A program made the translations under genes and the position numbers. A stretch of 64,000 bases of DNA from Eukaryota sp. GEM-RC1. Lineage: Eukaryota. The notes under the pieces are model-generated. The model was not told the origin of the DNA. It was given only the letters and a program-made list of their open reading frames with translations, and ran no database searches. The stretch lies in assembly GCA_040285855.1 (NCBI GenBank), contig JAUFOQ010000006.1:1302001-1366000 (forward strand), given 5' to 3'. Each line of letters begins with the position of its first letter. Positions within the stretch are counted from its first letter, which is position 1. This document shows, piece after piece, positions 1-13,027 of this stretch.

Positions 1-3000
1 ATAAAGTACAGGCAACTCATCGTATAGAACTTGAGGCTCAGACTCGGAGAGACATCCAGATTGAGAATCCCACCGAGCTCCTTCTAAGAAAAGGCCATGA
101 ACATAGACACCTTCACGAGGAGGCGTGGTAATTTCTGAAACTTTCTTTTAGTAACTTCTGTTTGAATAACCATGTTATCTAAGGGCCATTGATTCTTTCT
201 AGCAGTGACTTGCATTACAGCTGTCAAAAATGATTGAGGATTAAATAGACCAGAAAGCCATAAAACTGGTGGAACTGAGTTCAAGTTGATTGTCCACTCA
301 GTTAGTTGACGGTGTCTATCTAAAAGATTCAAGAACCACTCTTGAAGTGGTCTAAGTGAAGCATAAGCAACAGCAGCAAAGTTTGCAGGAACTCTGTTGG
401 TGAAAAGATCGTCAATTATGGTATCCATTTTCTCTGAAATGGTCAAATCTCCAGCTAATCCGAGTTGAACTTCCTTTAATGAGGTCCTAATTTCCTTTAG
501 TAAAACATTCATTCGATCACATTCTTGAAGACAAACAGCTACAAACGGAGATAGAGATTCCACTCGAGAATAGAGATCAACCAAGTCAAACTCAGGAGGA
601 AGTCGCTCTAGAATCGGTTCAAGGACTTGACCGGCCTTTTTCTTCTCTTGAGATTCCACCTGCAGCAAGTGCTTGCTTCGGCTGAATATCTAGGATAGTG
701 TTGAAAAGATCGTTGGCAATTAAAGTTAAATATCGAATTTCAGCATTGGAATGAAGTCCAAATAGCTCAGGAGTTTCAGCGGGCATTGAGTCTAGGTACT
801 CGACATAAGCTTCATAAGTAGAAGGCGAAGGTGATGGGAATCCGGGAGCTAATAACATTTCCTCAAACAAATCCTCCTTCATCAATACTTCTAGATAAGT
901 TTTACACAAAAGTCGATCCCAGTCATCAGAAATATGACCTCCGTACATGATTTCTCCAAAGATATATTTAATATCAGCCCATGGAATCTGCAAGTTTCCT
1001 TCTAACTGATTATATAACACGTCAGCGCAGACAGTCAGATCTCCCAGGTTAAAAGGATAAGGTCTGTTCCATCCCAATGGGCCAAACTTCCTACGTTCTA
1101 AAATGACTCCATGGAAGAAGCAGAGAGCAAAAAGAATGGATTTAAACTCAGAGGATTTTGAACACTTTTCAAAGAATTCGTTATCGAAGCAATCAAGAGC
1201 TCTTCTCATGATAGCTTTAACTCCAGATGGAGGTTCATTTGTCACTTTAATACAATTCTGCAAAATACCAGGACTTATAGGGGCTGGTTCAGCAGTTAAA
1301 AAGAGTCTAAACTCTGGATGAGAGGGAACTTCTGATTCTCTAAAGGACTCCATTAACTTCTCTAGAGAAGGTAGCCACTTTAGAACTAGATGGAGGTTCT
1401 CAAGCATTACCCAAATTCCAGTTTCAAAGCCTTCTTTCAACGCAGCTTCAGCAAAGGGGGTTTGACCTTGACCAAGAGAAACAATTTTAAAAGTCTTTTG
1501 ATCAATTGTCTTGTTCTTAGTTCTACCAAAGACTTCAACCTGCTTAACAGGATCGACACCAGGAGATAGAATAAAGAAGAGAGGTACATCGGGGGAAGTT
1601 TCTTCATATGTGGATTCCAATGAGTAAGGAATAGAATCTACATATTGAGAGCCAATACTAGAAGAAACAAATACCTTAAGTGTATGAGTCAGTCTGTCTG
1701 GTCTAAGAGCTCTAAGAATCATTAACTTTTGGAACTCTGATTTCTTAGAATAATCCTGAGGTAGCCGTGTACTTTCAGGGGCGTTTGATTGGAACCACTC
1801 CCGCCAACGTTTTGACCCCTGATTCGACATCGATTGCAATCATTTTTAAATCATCAAATTGAGTAAGACCATTAAGAGCAGCCCATGCTTGGTCATCGAG
1901 CCAATTAAGAGGATTGGGCTTAGAAAAATCCTTAGTTCCTCGGATTAAATAATCTAATTCTTCTGCATTGATTTGGTCATTACGAAGAAGAATTTTAAAG
2001 CAGAGCTGAGAAGAAAAGATAAGCTTATGTCTTTCAAATAGCCCACGAGATGCATAGCAAAACACTGCAAACGTGATCGAATCAATCAAATCAGTTACTC
2101 TTCTGTTGACGTCATCAGTCGTTGGAGTTCTATCAATAGCCTTATGGAAAGTGTTAACAAAAGCTCTTAATGAAAACTGATACATTTCATCAACTACTGA
2201 TAAATCATTCAACAAAAAGTAAAGCATTGCGGATCTTATAGCAACAGGTCTGTAGATTTCACGTGTAGCATTAATACTGGCTTCTGTTTCTTTAGCAGCT
2301 TTGACTTTGATCTCAATTTCATTGGCTGTAACTTTGGTGTTTTCCAAATTAGAAATTAGAGTAATGTTAGACAAAATGTCACCTTCAGATTGTGAGAGCA
2401 TCTGAAGCAAGGAATCTTCTAAGTCTTTTAATTTAATTTTGAACTCATTTTGTTGTCTAATTAGCACAGCCTTTTGTTCTTCTAATTCCGGACGTTCTTT
2501 TGAACAACTTCAGCAAGAAGCTGTTCTTCAAGACCATCTTCAGTAACAATGAAGTTTACTAGAGTGGTCTGAGCTTGTAACTCAGCTCTATAGTGGGGGT
2601 TGGAAAGCTTGGTTTGAATGAAAAGTCTAAACTTTGGATCGTATTCGATCTCTTTGTCACCAATTTTAATGAATGAAATCCTACCCTTTTTAATAATATT
2701 TCTTTGAATTATTGGATCAAGAACGGCATCCAGATCTTCACCAATATTTTCAATCAAAACCGGATCACCTTCTGCAATTGCTTGTTCAATTTTATCCAAA
2801 TACTTTGATTGATTCAATCTAACAATTTTGAGTCTTTCTCCCAAATGATTTTTGAGCCATGACGTTCCCTGTAATTGGGGGTCAATAATCAAAGGCCATC
2901 GTTCACAATTGGAAACGATTGATGCATTTTCTACAGATACAGTATCAGTAGGTAGACCTTCATTGGACCAAGAAGCAATTCTTGTTTCATTAGTCAACAA

Positions 3001-6000
3001 CAGCAAAGGATCGCATTGGTCAGAAACAGGAATTTTTGAATTTTTCAAAAATGGAATCCAATCATCATCTAAAAGACTATGCCTAAACTGACGATCAAAA
3101 GGTCCAATGTAAGACACAAAAGCTGCCGCAAGAAGAACGTCACCCACCAAGTTAATATCACGTTCCTTAAGAGATTCGACACTTTCTGACCACCTTACCT
3201 TTTCAGAAGACAAACCATTGACCAGTCTGTTAGCCAATTGAAGACGTTCTTGGGTTTTTTGAGCGATTGCAATGACTTCGTTCTTTTGACTCGTGGCCTC
3301 CTCAAACTGATCTTGAAGGGCTTTAAGCCTCCTTTCCAGCTTCTCTACTTTGGCTGTAACTGCTGCTAGTTTGGCACGTGATTCGTCCAGCTGGGCATTA
3401 GCTTCTGCGAGTCGTTGTCTTTTAGGTTCAACTTCACAATGAATATCGTAGAAAATGACAACGTTTCGAGCCCATTCACAGATACCGGCAGCAGCAGCAG
3501 ACTTTGTCTTAATAAAGTCTCCATTAAAGTTTTCATCAGCTAAGTAGGGACGGACAGCCGCAAGAGCTTTGTCAGGGATGTTTTCCTTATCAAAAGTCTG
3601 TAGACCTGTTAAAAACTGATCTACTTGATTCATACACTTCTTAGCGGCATTCCAAGACAAATCCTTGGGAGGAGTCTTACCGTGAGGAGTCAAAAGAAGC
3701 ATAACAACTTCCATTACTTTTGCCACGTCACCAGGAGGAGTGGCCATGGACTTAAGTTCAGTTAAATTAGGTTTGTTTAAAGTATTAAGAGCAGCCTCGG
3801 CAGCTTCAACGGCAGGAAGCGCTCTTTCAAGGTCTTTCTCACAGTCTCTTTGGACAGTTGAGACGTGAGCTTCCTTTTCAGCACACTTACCAGCCTCTAC
3901 ACTGGCCAAAGCTTGCTCAGACTCGACAATCTCAGTCTCTTTAGCTACTTGGTCCAGGAGCTTGGCTGCAGCTTCTTTCTTTCCTTCAACCACGACTTGT
4001 TGAGCCTCTAGATCGACCTTCAACTGGTCCACGTCGGCAGCAGTTTGATTCAGCTTAATCAATCCACTTTCCAATCTGTCAATGGTGTTTTGAATGTCAA
4101 GTTTCTTATCACGAATCATAGATAAGTAAACATCAATAAGTTCAAGAAAAGACTTTGGAGTAGTGTAAACGTGGCGTCTCGTCATTGATTTAAACCTGCC
4201 AGCCATTTCATTGGTAGAGAGATGTACATGAGACATGAATTCAACAATATCACTCACAACTTCGTCAGATCCTAAGTAAACTCCTTCAGCACTGGCAATT
4301 CTATGGGCAGCAACTGAAACCAGAGCTTCCTTGGGCCATTGTTGGAACCAGTCAATTGTGGTACAAGTAACCAAGGTAGGGAACTTTCTACAACGAACTC
4401 TAAGAGAGTCACCGTCTGGGGAGAAGCAGAGAGCTAAATGAAGGTTATCTCGGACACGATTGATGAAGAAGGACCAGCAGTTATGTTTAGAGTCAATCAA
4501 ACCAGCCATTTTGACCTCATTTCTGACCGCATCTAGAATTTGATCGACCTCGTCATCAGCAAAGAGATCTGGGATTTCTCCGGTAGATAAGAAATCGTTG
4601 ATGAAAATTAAAAATCTTTCATCTACAATTTGAAAATCTGTTAATAAGAATACAGTTGGTTGGTTTTTGGCACCTGTTTGAAGATAAACATTTTTAAAAT
4701 CATTCAGAAAATCTGTCACCCCGTAATTAGATGTAAGCGTGATCTGAAAGACCTCCATATCACTCATGAAGGCGGCCAATCTAACAAGTGATTGCTTTCC
4801 ACTTCCACCAACACCTACGAGCATTATAGAACCTCTCGGAGATTCCAAAACTCTAGAGATCTTTAACACGTGTTGCATGGCGTCACTAAAGAAGACTAAG
4901 GGCATTGCTGGCTTAACAGTACTGTAGTTTTCGAGAGAATCTTCAAGAATCTTGTGTAAAGTGTCGATTGATGCGATCTCAGTATAAGTCTTGGTTGATT
5001 CAGTAGTACCAAAGTAAGAGAACAAATGATCACCCTCCAAAGAAGAAGGAGCGAAATCCTCGGAAATGACAGACACAGCAACTGACTTTAGAAGTGATTC
5101 AAATCTGTCAATGTCGACAAAATCAACCAATCTATCACCGTAAACTCTTTTGAACTCACAAACCAGTAATCTAAAGATAGATCCTGGAGTTTTGTAAACA
5201 GTGGGACTAACATTGAGAAGAGTACCAACAACGCTGGAAATATCTCGAAGATTGAATTGGTAATGAAATTTAACAGCGGTAGGAAGGAAGGAAAGAGAAA
5301 CTTTCTCATGGAATGTGAGAAGAAACTCTAAAACTTTATCTTTTACAGACAGAATAGCTTTGGAGAAGGACTTTGAAGTGAACAGTCCCTCCAATATGGA
5401 ACCATAGATTAACTGAAGAGACTCAAATGAAGGAGAATTGACACCAAATGTACTGAAATGTCGTTTAAGCCTTGGGTTTACATCAAAAGATCCAGAAGTG
5501 GGGTTCATTGCAGCCATTAGGAATACGTTTTGAACAACTTTAAGAGTTAGTTTCTGGCGATCATAGAAATGTTTGTAGTCCAGGTACTGTCGTAGCAAAG
5601 TGATTGGAGATTGAGTTCCGTATTGATCAACATCTGGAACATTAAGGTCATCAACAAAGAATACTAGTTTCTTATTACCCGTAGGACCATAGTTCTTACC
5701 TGCTTTACGTTCTAATTGGGCTTCAATTACAGTTTGAAGAGTAGTAGCATCAGTGTAATAATTGAAATTTACGGTCTTAGATGAATAAATGTCCTCATCA
5801 AGAGAATTTAAATAATTTTGAATAATTGAAGTTTTTCCAGTACCCGCTCCACCAACTAGTAAAACTGGGAACTGATTCAACGTCAGAAGATTCATGAGAT
5901 AATCAACACGTTTAGTCTCAGAAGTAGATACTAGCACACCACTAGAATCACTTGATTCGGGGTCGTATTGGAAATCTTCAGTGAGTGAGCTCCACGAGAC

Positions 6001-6970
6001 CCATTTAATCAATTTGGAATCATCAGGGTCAGGTATACAGGCCCAATCAAAAACAGAATCATCAGAGGGAAACTTTCCTTGTCCGGAAAGGGTTTTATAC
6101 CATTCAGCTTTAAACCACTTGTCAAAGTTAATTCTGTAGTTTTCAAGAGTATCAACTAACAAAGCTCCTCCAAATCCCCAAATTAAAGAGAATACAAAAT
6201 AAGCTTCTAATAAATCAGGGGGCACTTGGACATTGTCTAGATCCAATTTGTGGTGATTGTAGTGCTGGTCTAAAACAGAGCCAAGAATTCTACAGAGAGT
6301 TGACACTTTGTTGACGTCAGAAACATGACACACGAACTTATAGTCTATTCGCAACTCATCAAGACATCTCTGAACCAATTTATCAAACAAAACCAGTAGA
6401 TTTCCGTGCTCATGTTTTGGTCTCTTCTCAATCCAGGATCTTACAAGGGAGACCAACCTACATCGCTTTCATTGATGAACAGGATGCCGGCACGGGAGAC
6501 AGTGGCAGGGGTGGCGTACTTGAGATGGCCAATTTCAAAGAGTAGGCGCATGGTGGGTTTGAGGGGAATACGTTCATTGGAAGCGAGGGTGAGAACTTTG
6601 TTGTCGTCCATAACAGTATTCATGGATTCAATCCAGCCTAATGTGAGAAAGGAGATGAGAGGGAGAACAAACCAGGGTCAATGTCACCGTCAAGGATGAG
6701 CCAACGAAGGGTCTCTTGCTTGCGATCGCCTTTAGCTGCATGAAGAGACTTGGCCTGGGTGAGAAGCTCGGAGCATTCAGTAGACAGAGTTTGAAGAGAC
6801 TTTGAATCTGTAGAGGAAGACTTCTGGGACTGTAAGTAGTCACTGATGTCGGAAAGATCCGTAATAACCGTTTTAAGAGAAGGTATAGAAATGGAAGAAG
6901 AACATGACTTTAGTAGAGTCCTAACCTCAGCAAAGATGTTTTTGATATCCGTAAGGAACTCAGTCTTCAT
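1..6970 (-). CDS. Axonemal outer-arm dynein heavy chain beta-type (DNAH9/11/17-like), C-terminal half only (AAA2 to C-terminal domain), running off the left window edge
   Basis: Motifs [41 protein letters not shown] (AAA3), GVGGSGKQS (AAA4), stalk coiled coil, [48 protein letters not shown]. The ORF pieces join through single-base indels in homopolymers (~6448, ~2500, ~1817, ~638, ~147) and one 35-nt intron. Confidence 0.93.
6638..6672 (-). other. 35-nt GT-AG spliceosomal intron in dynein
   Basis: GTTTGT...CACATTAG; removing it restores conserved [15 protein letters not shown]. Confidence 0.88.
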
Positions 6971-7279
6971 CTAGGGGAATAAGAGAGAAGGCGGCAGAAG
7001 CGTTGGTGTTATAAATAATTGTGTTTCAGTGATGCAGTCAAACTTCAAGAACGTGTTAACACCTGATAAAAGATCAAGATCATTATTAACATAACGATAT
7101 CGAGCAAACTACTGCCTTGGTATCTGAGAGATAGTGGAAAAGGAAAATGAAGTCACCTTTACAAGAACGAGTTGTTCAAAGAACTGGTAACAAGTTATCC
7201 TTTTTAAAATACGAATTAAAATAACACCTTTTGTTTCCAAATACAATTAAAGAATATCATCAATCTTAACACAGAAGAC

Positions 7280-7620
7280 CCTACATCACCTCAAAGGCAT
7301 GTCTTAATTCAAAGAGACGGTATAAAATCGAATCAAAATACCTAAACAATGCTATAAAAAAGGAAAAATGACACCCTTCTTCAATAAAAACTGTCATTAA
7401 ATTTTTGTAGCCAAGCGTTGGATGGAAAACAAAAGGATTGTGTCAACGAGAATTCATCTTTGTAATTCATTCTCAATAACAATTCAATTTTTTTCCTTTC
7501 AACAGGTCCAGGAGCTGAATAGATTTCGTCTAAAATTTTGTTAACAGAAGTTGAGTTACAAGGATCAACCATAGGAAAGTCCATAATTACTTCTTGAGAG
7601 GACAACCAAGGACTGATCAA
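7280..7620 (-). mobile_element. Degenerate 3' fragment of an RLE-type non-LTR retrotransposon
   Basis: ISPWLSSQEVIMDFPMVDPC resembles the IGPWLSCQEIVVDFTTVDPC copy at 53534-54088. Confidence 0.65.
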
Positions 7621-7677
7621 ATCAGATTAAATGTTTCAGAGTAACAACACGATTTATACACAAATAACTTGAAATAA

Positions 7678-10562
7678 CTAGAGTTCTTGGTCCTCCCAAA
7701 TGACGTCACCAACAGTAGCTTTAACCTTCGTTTGAAAATCTTTGTTACCTAAATAACATATGCCCACACGATCACTCTGCAGAGCTTCAGCTACAGACAC
7801 AATATCTTCTTTACTGATTCCTAAAACTCGTTCTCTATACTTCTGCCTTTCATCTTTACTTCTTTCACTGAGAACTTCTTCGAATTCATCCCTAGCAAAA
7901 TCAAAGGGACTTGAAGGAACATCCAGCCGTCTAATTACTGAGAAAACCCCCTCCTTTACATTGGAAAACTCCCCTGAAGATACCCAGGTAATTGCTTCGT
8001 TATAAACCTTCAGACTTTGATGAGGGTTGGGATCTCTGTAACTCATGAAAGAAAAGGTATTGGTGTAAGTGTCAACTTTTGCATAAGCACCATACGCACC
8101 CCCTTTTTCTCTTATTTCAGAGTGAAGAAACGAAGCTTGCATTATCTTAGAACCAACTTCTAAGATGGGTACTTGAGGAGAAGTAAAATCAGGAATTGAG
8201 CACGAGCGTGCAGTGTATCCGACAGGTGTACTGACAGACCAGAAATGGTGTGATTTGTCATTGCGGAGGTCAAGAGACACCTGTTGACCTGATGACTTTC
8301 CTGGAAAGAGATCAGATATGAAACAGGAGAAGTGTTTAATCAAAACTGACATGTCTGATTGTTCTCCAACCAAAATTGACTGGCATGATGATGATAAGAT
8401 GATGTTGTGGAGTGATTGAAGGTCATTAATCAAAGAGAGAAGCTGATCAGAAGATAAATCGAGCAATGCTTTGACATTCTTTACTAGAGTCAAGCCAGAG
8501 GTCACTTCAATAACTTTTGAAATTTCAGACAGACTCGCGGAGGCAGACTTGGCAGCATATGAATGACCACAACGAGAAACATTTGAGTCTAGTTTTGAGT
8601 ATAATTGTTTAATAATTTGAGTTAGTCTAGCACTGTTAGAAAAATCTGTTGTTAGCAGCACTTTCTTTACAAGATCAAACATTTTTGAAATATATCTTGA
8701 TAAGCACTTACCGCGGATTTCAACACAAATTTCAAATTTCTTGTCAGTTTTAGGAATTGGTACGACACAAAAATTAATTCCACCAGTAAAAGCTTCTAAT
8801 TCCTTGGCCAAATCATCAAATGTAAGGTCTTTGATATCCATAAGGCCTAACAATTGACAATATAAAGGTAGAAGACAAAGCTGATCATAGGAAATTTGGG
8901 ATGCTTCAACAAAAATGGAGAAGTAAGAAATGCCATTGGTAGGGCTTTCAAAGAACTTCAAGTCTGAATTACGACCATCAATTTTGATTGATTGATATTC
9001 AGCAAATCTCTGGTTAGGAGTGATGTCAGAAACTTCTAAATCCGGTAGACACGATAAATCCTCTTTAGATTCTTGATGTTTCTTGAGCTCAATTGCACTA
9101 TTTTTGATCCTTTCAACTTCAGATTGTTGTAAATCCTTTTGAATATCACGTAATTCTTGTTTGAAGAAGTTCTCTTGCTCTTCCTTCAAACTAGCTCTGG
9201 GTTTAAGCAAAAGATCAATAAAATGACTTTGCTTAAGGAAATACTTTTTAATCAACTCTTGGAAAAAATTGGAATTATTTTCAAAAGCCTTTCGCACTTC
9301 AAGTAATCCATTTAAAGCATTTAGTCCATCTAAAGAGCCCGTATGAACATACAAGGGAAGGAAACGGAACATCAACGTGAGAGGGTACGGGTAAGAAGAG
9401 GAGGAAATTTCCTTCATTTCAAATTCCAATCTATTTAAAACGCCAAGCACGTGTTCATTAGTAAATCCTTCTTGTGATAACTGAATCAAGGTCGAAGTAA
9501 TCAACTCTTGAATGTCTTTTCTACATTCTTCATTAGTGCCCATTAGTCCAACACTAAAGAAAGTAGTTCGAGTATCTTCAGAAAATCCACTGGCGGGAGC
9601 TAGTCGTTGGCCTAGATTACTATCAATCAGAGCCTTTCTTAACGGGGATCCATCATTTCCAATCAAAAGTCTTTCTAAAACGGAAAGTGCTGACCTGGCA
9701 AATGAATCAGATACGTCATCACAAAGCCAGGCTTTGAGTACTACAGAGTTGTTCACTTCATTAGAAGAAGCGAATTCTTCAGTCACAGTCCGACTTTCAG
9801 ATCTCGGATGTTGAACGGGTATTGCGGTATCAACTTCTAAAAAGTCAAACTTTGACAATGCATTATCATGAATAAAGTCCAAAACTGAGCATATATCCAA
9901 ATCACCGTAAGTAACAAAAACAGCATTGGAGGGGTGGTAATGACTCCTATGGAAATCAACCAAGTCTTGGTGTTTGATAGTGATGATAGATGAAGGTTCA
10001 CCACCGCTATTATAGTGGTATGTGATGTTGTCGTCAAAAGATGCTTGACTAATCGTCTATAGGTAAGACTAGCGGGATCAGACATTGCTCCCAACATTTC
10101 ATTGAAAACAACTCCCTTAAACTGGAGCTCGTCCTCCTCATACTCTAACCTAATTCCTTCTTGGGCAAATGCAAGGTCTGTAAGAGAAGGGAAGAAGACG
10201 GCATCGAGGTAAACTGAGAGCAGATTGTAGTAATCTTTATCCACTGTGCTGGAGAAGGGATAGTACGTACCATCAGATCCAGTAAGTGCATTCATGAAGC
10301 TATTGACAGATCGCTTGAGCATGGAGAAAAAGGGATCTCGAACTGGATAATTTTGGGACCCACAGAGAACTGTGTGTTCCAAGATATGTGCGATACCGGT
10401 ATCATTCATTGGAGCAGTTCGGAATCCAACACTGAAAAACTTATTGGGATCGTCGCATTCTATGTGAACAAGACGAGCACCAACTGGATGATGATATTCA
10501 TGAGCAGTGATATTCAGTTCAGGTACTGGTAGTTTCTTAACCACACTCCAAGACGTTGACAT
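7678..10562 (-). CDS. Presequence protease PreP/Cym1-like (peptidase M16C, pitrilysin family)
   Basis: HILEH (HxxEH) in TGIAHILEHTVLCGSQNYPVRDPFFSML, FMNALT, KGVVFNEM, IREKGGAYG, SYRDP; one frameshift near 10020. Confidence 0.92.
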
Positions 10563-10616
10563 GTGAGAAAAACTGTAAACAGTAATTTTTTGATCCGCTC
10601 ATTTTATGCTTTTGAC

Positions 10617-11257
10617 CATACCTGGAAAATACAAGGGTTGAACAAAATACAAATACAAATACAAAAATACAGATACAGATTAAAATACAAAAATACAAAT
10701 TCAAGGATGTTGTATTATCTCCATTTTTAGTAGTGTACATAGACAACAATAATGTTAAATGATCGCCTACATGTGCATGTATATAGATTCGTTTCTATTA
10801 ATACTTAAGTAAACCACAATTCCTTCCAGTAAATAGAGATTGGTCAGTTGTCTCTCACTCCTAGTCAGACTCAATTGTGCTTTTGTTTTCTTGTGGTCAG
10901 GTTTTGACAAGTATTTTGTGTCCTGCTTTTGAGAAAAACAATCAAGGAGCACTACTTCCTCCAATTATTCCACAACCGAATCCAGTAGACTAATGAAGTT
11001 TGTTCATCTGTCTTCTGTTTTGGTTGCTGATAAACTGCTACCACTATTTCGTCTGGTATCTTGATTGATATCATGTTTTTGGTTATTTCTTTAAATCACA
11101 TGAAGAAAAATTGGAGATAAAAGAACTACATGTACATCCAAAATAGGTACTTTTACAGGTAAGTAAGTTCAAAAACGTATTCCTAAAAAATACAAATAAA
11201 CAAATACACGTGATACAAAAAGACAGAAAATACAGAAAAGTGTATTTTCCAGGTATG
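10617..11257. mobile_element. Non-autonomous hAT-like DNA transposon (641 bp)
   Basis: 17-bp perfect TIR CATACCTGGAAAATACA, perfect 8-bp TSD CTTTTGAC (10609-10616 and 11258-11265), subterminal AAATAC repeats. Confidence 0.88.
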
Positions 11258-11324
11258 CTTTTGACGCAATATGATTCATGACGACTAACATCATTTTGAT
11301 TTAGAGACTTTCTCCAAAAATAGT

Positions 11325-12315
11325 CAGGGATGCCGAAAAATATATTGCAATATATATTGTACGTTTTAAACATTGCAATAAATATTTTGTGGTTTGCGAA
11401 TATTGCAATAAATATACTGATATTGTCACCTGTCGCAATAAATATATTGCAATATTTTCAATTCTTCACAGTGATCATGTGCTGACAGTTCAGTTTTTTC
11501 AATATTTGTTCATGTAAGAAAATTGGGAGTGTTTGTAAAATATTTATTCAGCCAAAACAGTTAAAGAGAACTACGAATCATTGTTCCACAATTTGGACAA
11601 ATGGACAATGGCAAATGATGGATTTGATGGTGCTCTCATCCCAATATGATCTATTGTAAAGAAGGAAGAGTTGTTTTTCCAACGATTCTGAAGTAAGTTT
11701 TGTTCTGAGACATCCTACAGTCAGTTTGGTGAATAATTCGTATAGTTGTTCATGAACGGATATCCTTCATGAAGAACCGTAAAAGCAGCTTTGGCAGACA
11801 AGACGGAAGTGTCTTCATTTTGTAAAAACTTTGTAATGCTTTCAAAGTCCTCGTAAGCTTTTGATAGTTCCTTCACTGTTGCATTTTGATTAAAGGACAG
11901 AACACATTCTCCCACATCAGAACCAAAATGTTCATAGACGCTTAATTCAATGTACTGCAGGTGTCTCCGTATCATGACCACAGCAGAAGACCAACGTGTA
12001 GCATTTCTCTTTTACGGTCTAAGTAAAAAAGTGATCAGCGAATGTTTTTGGAGTGGGTTCTGACATGAAGTGACACTTTTGTTTTTCTTCACAAGTTCTG
12101 TTATACTTGTACTCTAATGTTTCACAGAGTATAAGAGCACAGCAAACAACTTTGTTCTCTGAACACGAGTCCAAATATTGCAATATATTGTACAATATAT
12201 TGCAATATATTGCAATAACTGAAGTCTTGCAATAAATATATTGTACTTGTGAAACAGACACAATATGTATTGCAATATTATGTATTGCAATACAATATAT
12301 TTTTCGGCATCCCTG
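11325..12315 (-). mobile_element. Internally deleted hAT element (991 bp)
   Basis: 23-bp perfect TIR CAGGGATGCCGAAAAATATATTG, perfect 8-bp TSD AAAATAGT, TATTGCAATA subterminal palindromes, transposase remnant with NATRWSS motif (~11720-12010, minus). Confidence 0.9.
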
Positions 12316-13027
12316 AAAATAGTTTTAATTCCGCGTCAACTGTAGAAGCACTTTGAAGCAACACTGTAACATGATTCCAAGTTTTGCGTAGGAAATGTCG
12401 GATGAAAGAGGAATTGGTTTGTAACATATTCTTATTAAACGTGTTAAAAGGTGCGCATTTTGACACCACTTGTAAGTAGAAGGAATCTAAGGTCAGCAGT
12501 TGAATTGGGTCAACAATATCCAAAAGTATTACTAGTGATTTAAAAACTTTCAATAATTGCATTGTATATATACACTCTGAATTTATAATATAGTAACAGA
12601 ATTATGATTAAAAATCAAGTCTGAATTGAGAAGTGTCAACAAACGATCCTATTTACAAGATATTATTAACAAGTTGATAAATAATGAAAAACAATACAAA
12701 TAAGTAAGTATGTAAGTAAGTGAAGACTAGACAAAGAATAGACTACGATCCTTAAGTGTTTTCAAAAGTATATCAAAGAAAGAACATAATGTTTGCAATG
12801 TTTTCAAAAGATAGGACTAGGAACAAACACTTTAATGATTCCTTATCCACAATACTAATTAAAAAAGACTTAATTTTGACTCGTTTCACTTCAACTGGCT
12901 CAGAAACACGTGATAACGTGATCAAAATAAGAAACAAAATAATACAAAATAAATACGTGTAAGTTCACAGTTAGGCGTGGTACCTGGGTTAGGCGTGGGT
13001 AGGTGTGATAAGGAACCAATACAGTAA

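Noticed and set aside
84..6456. Programmed frameshifting or pseudogenisation of dynein and other host genes
   Set aside because: The breaks examined are +/-1 changes in homopolymer runs and occur in many essential genes, typical of long-read error
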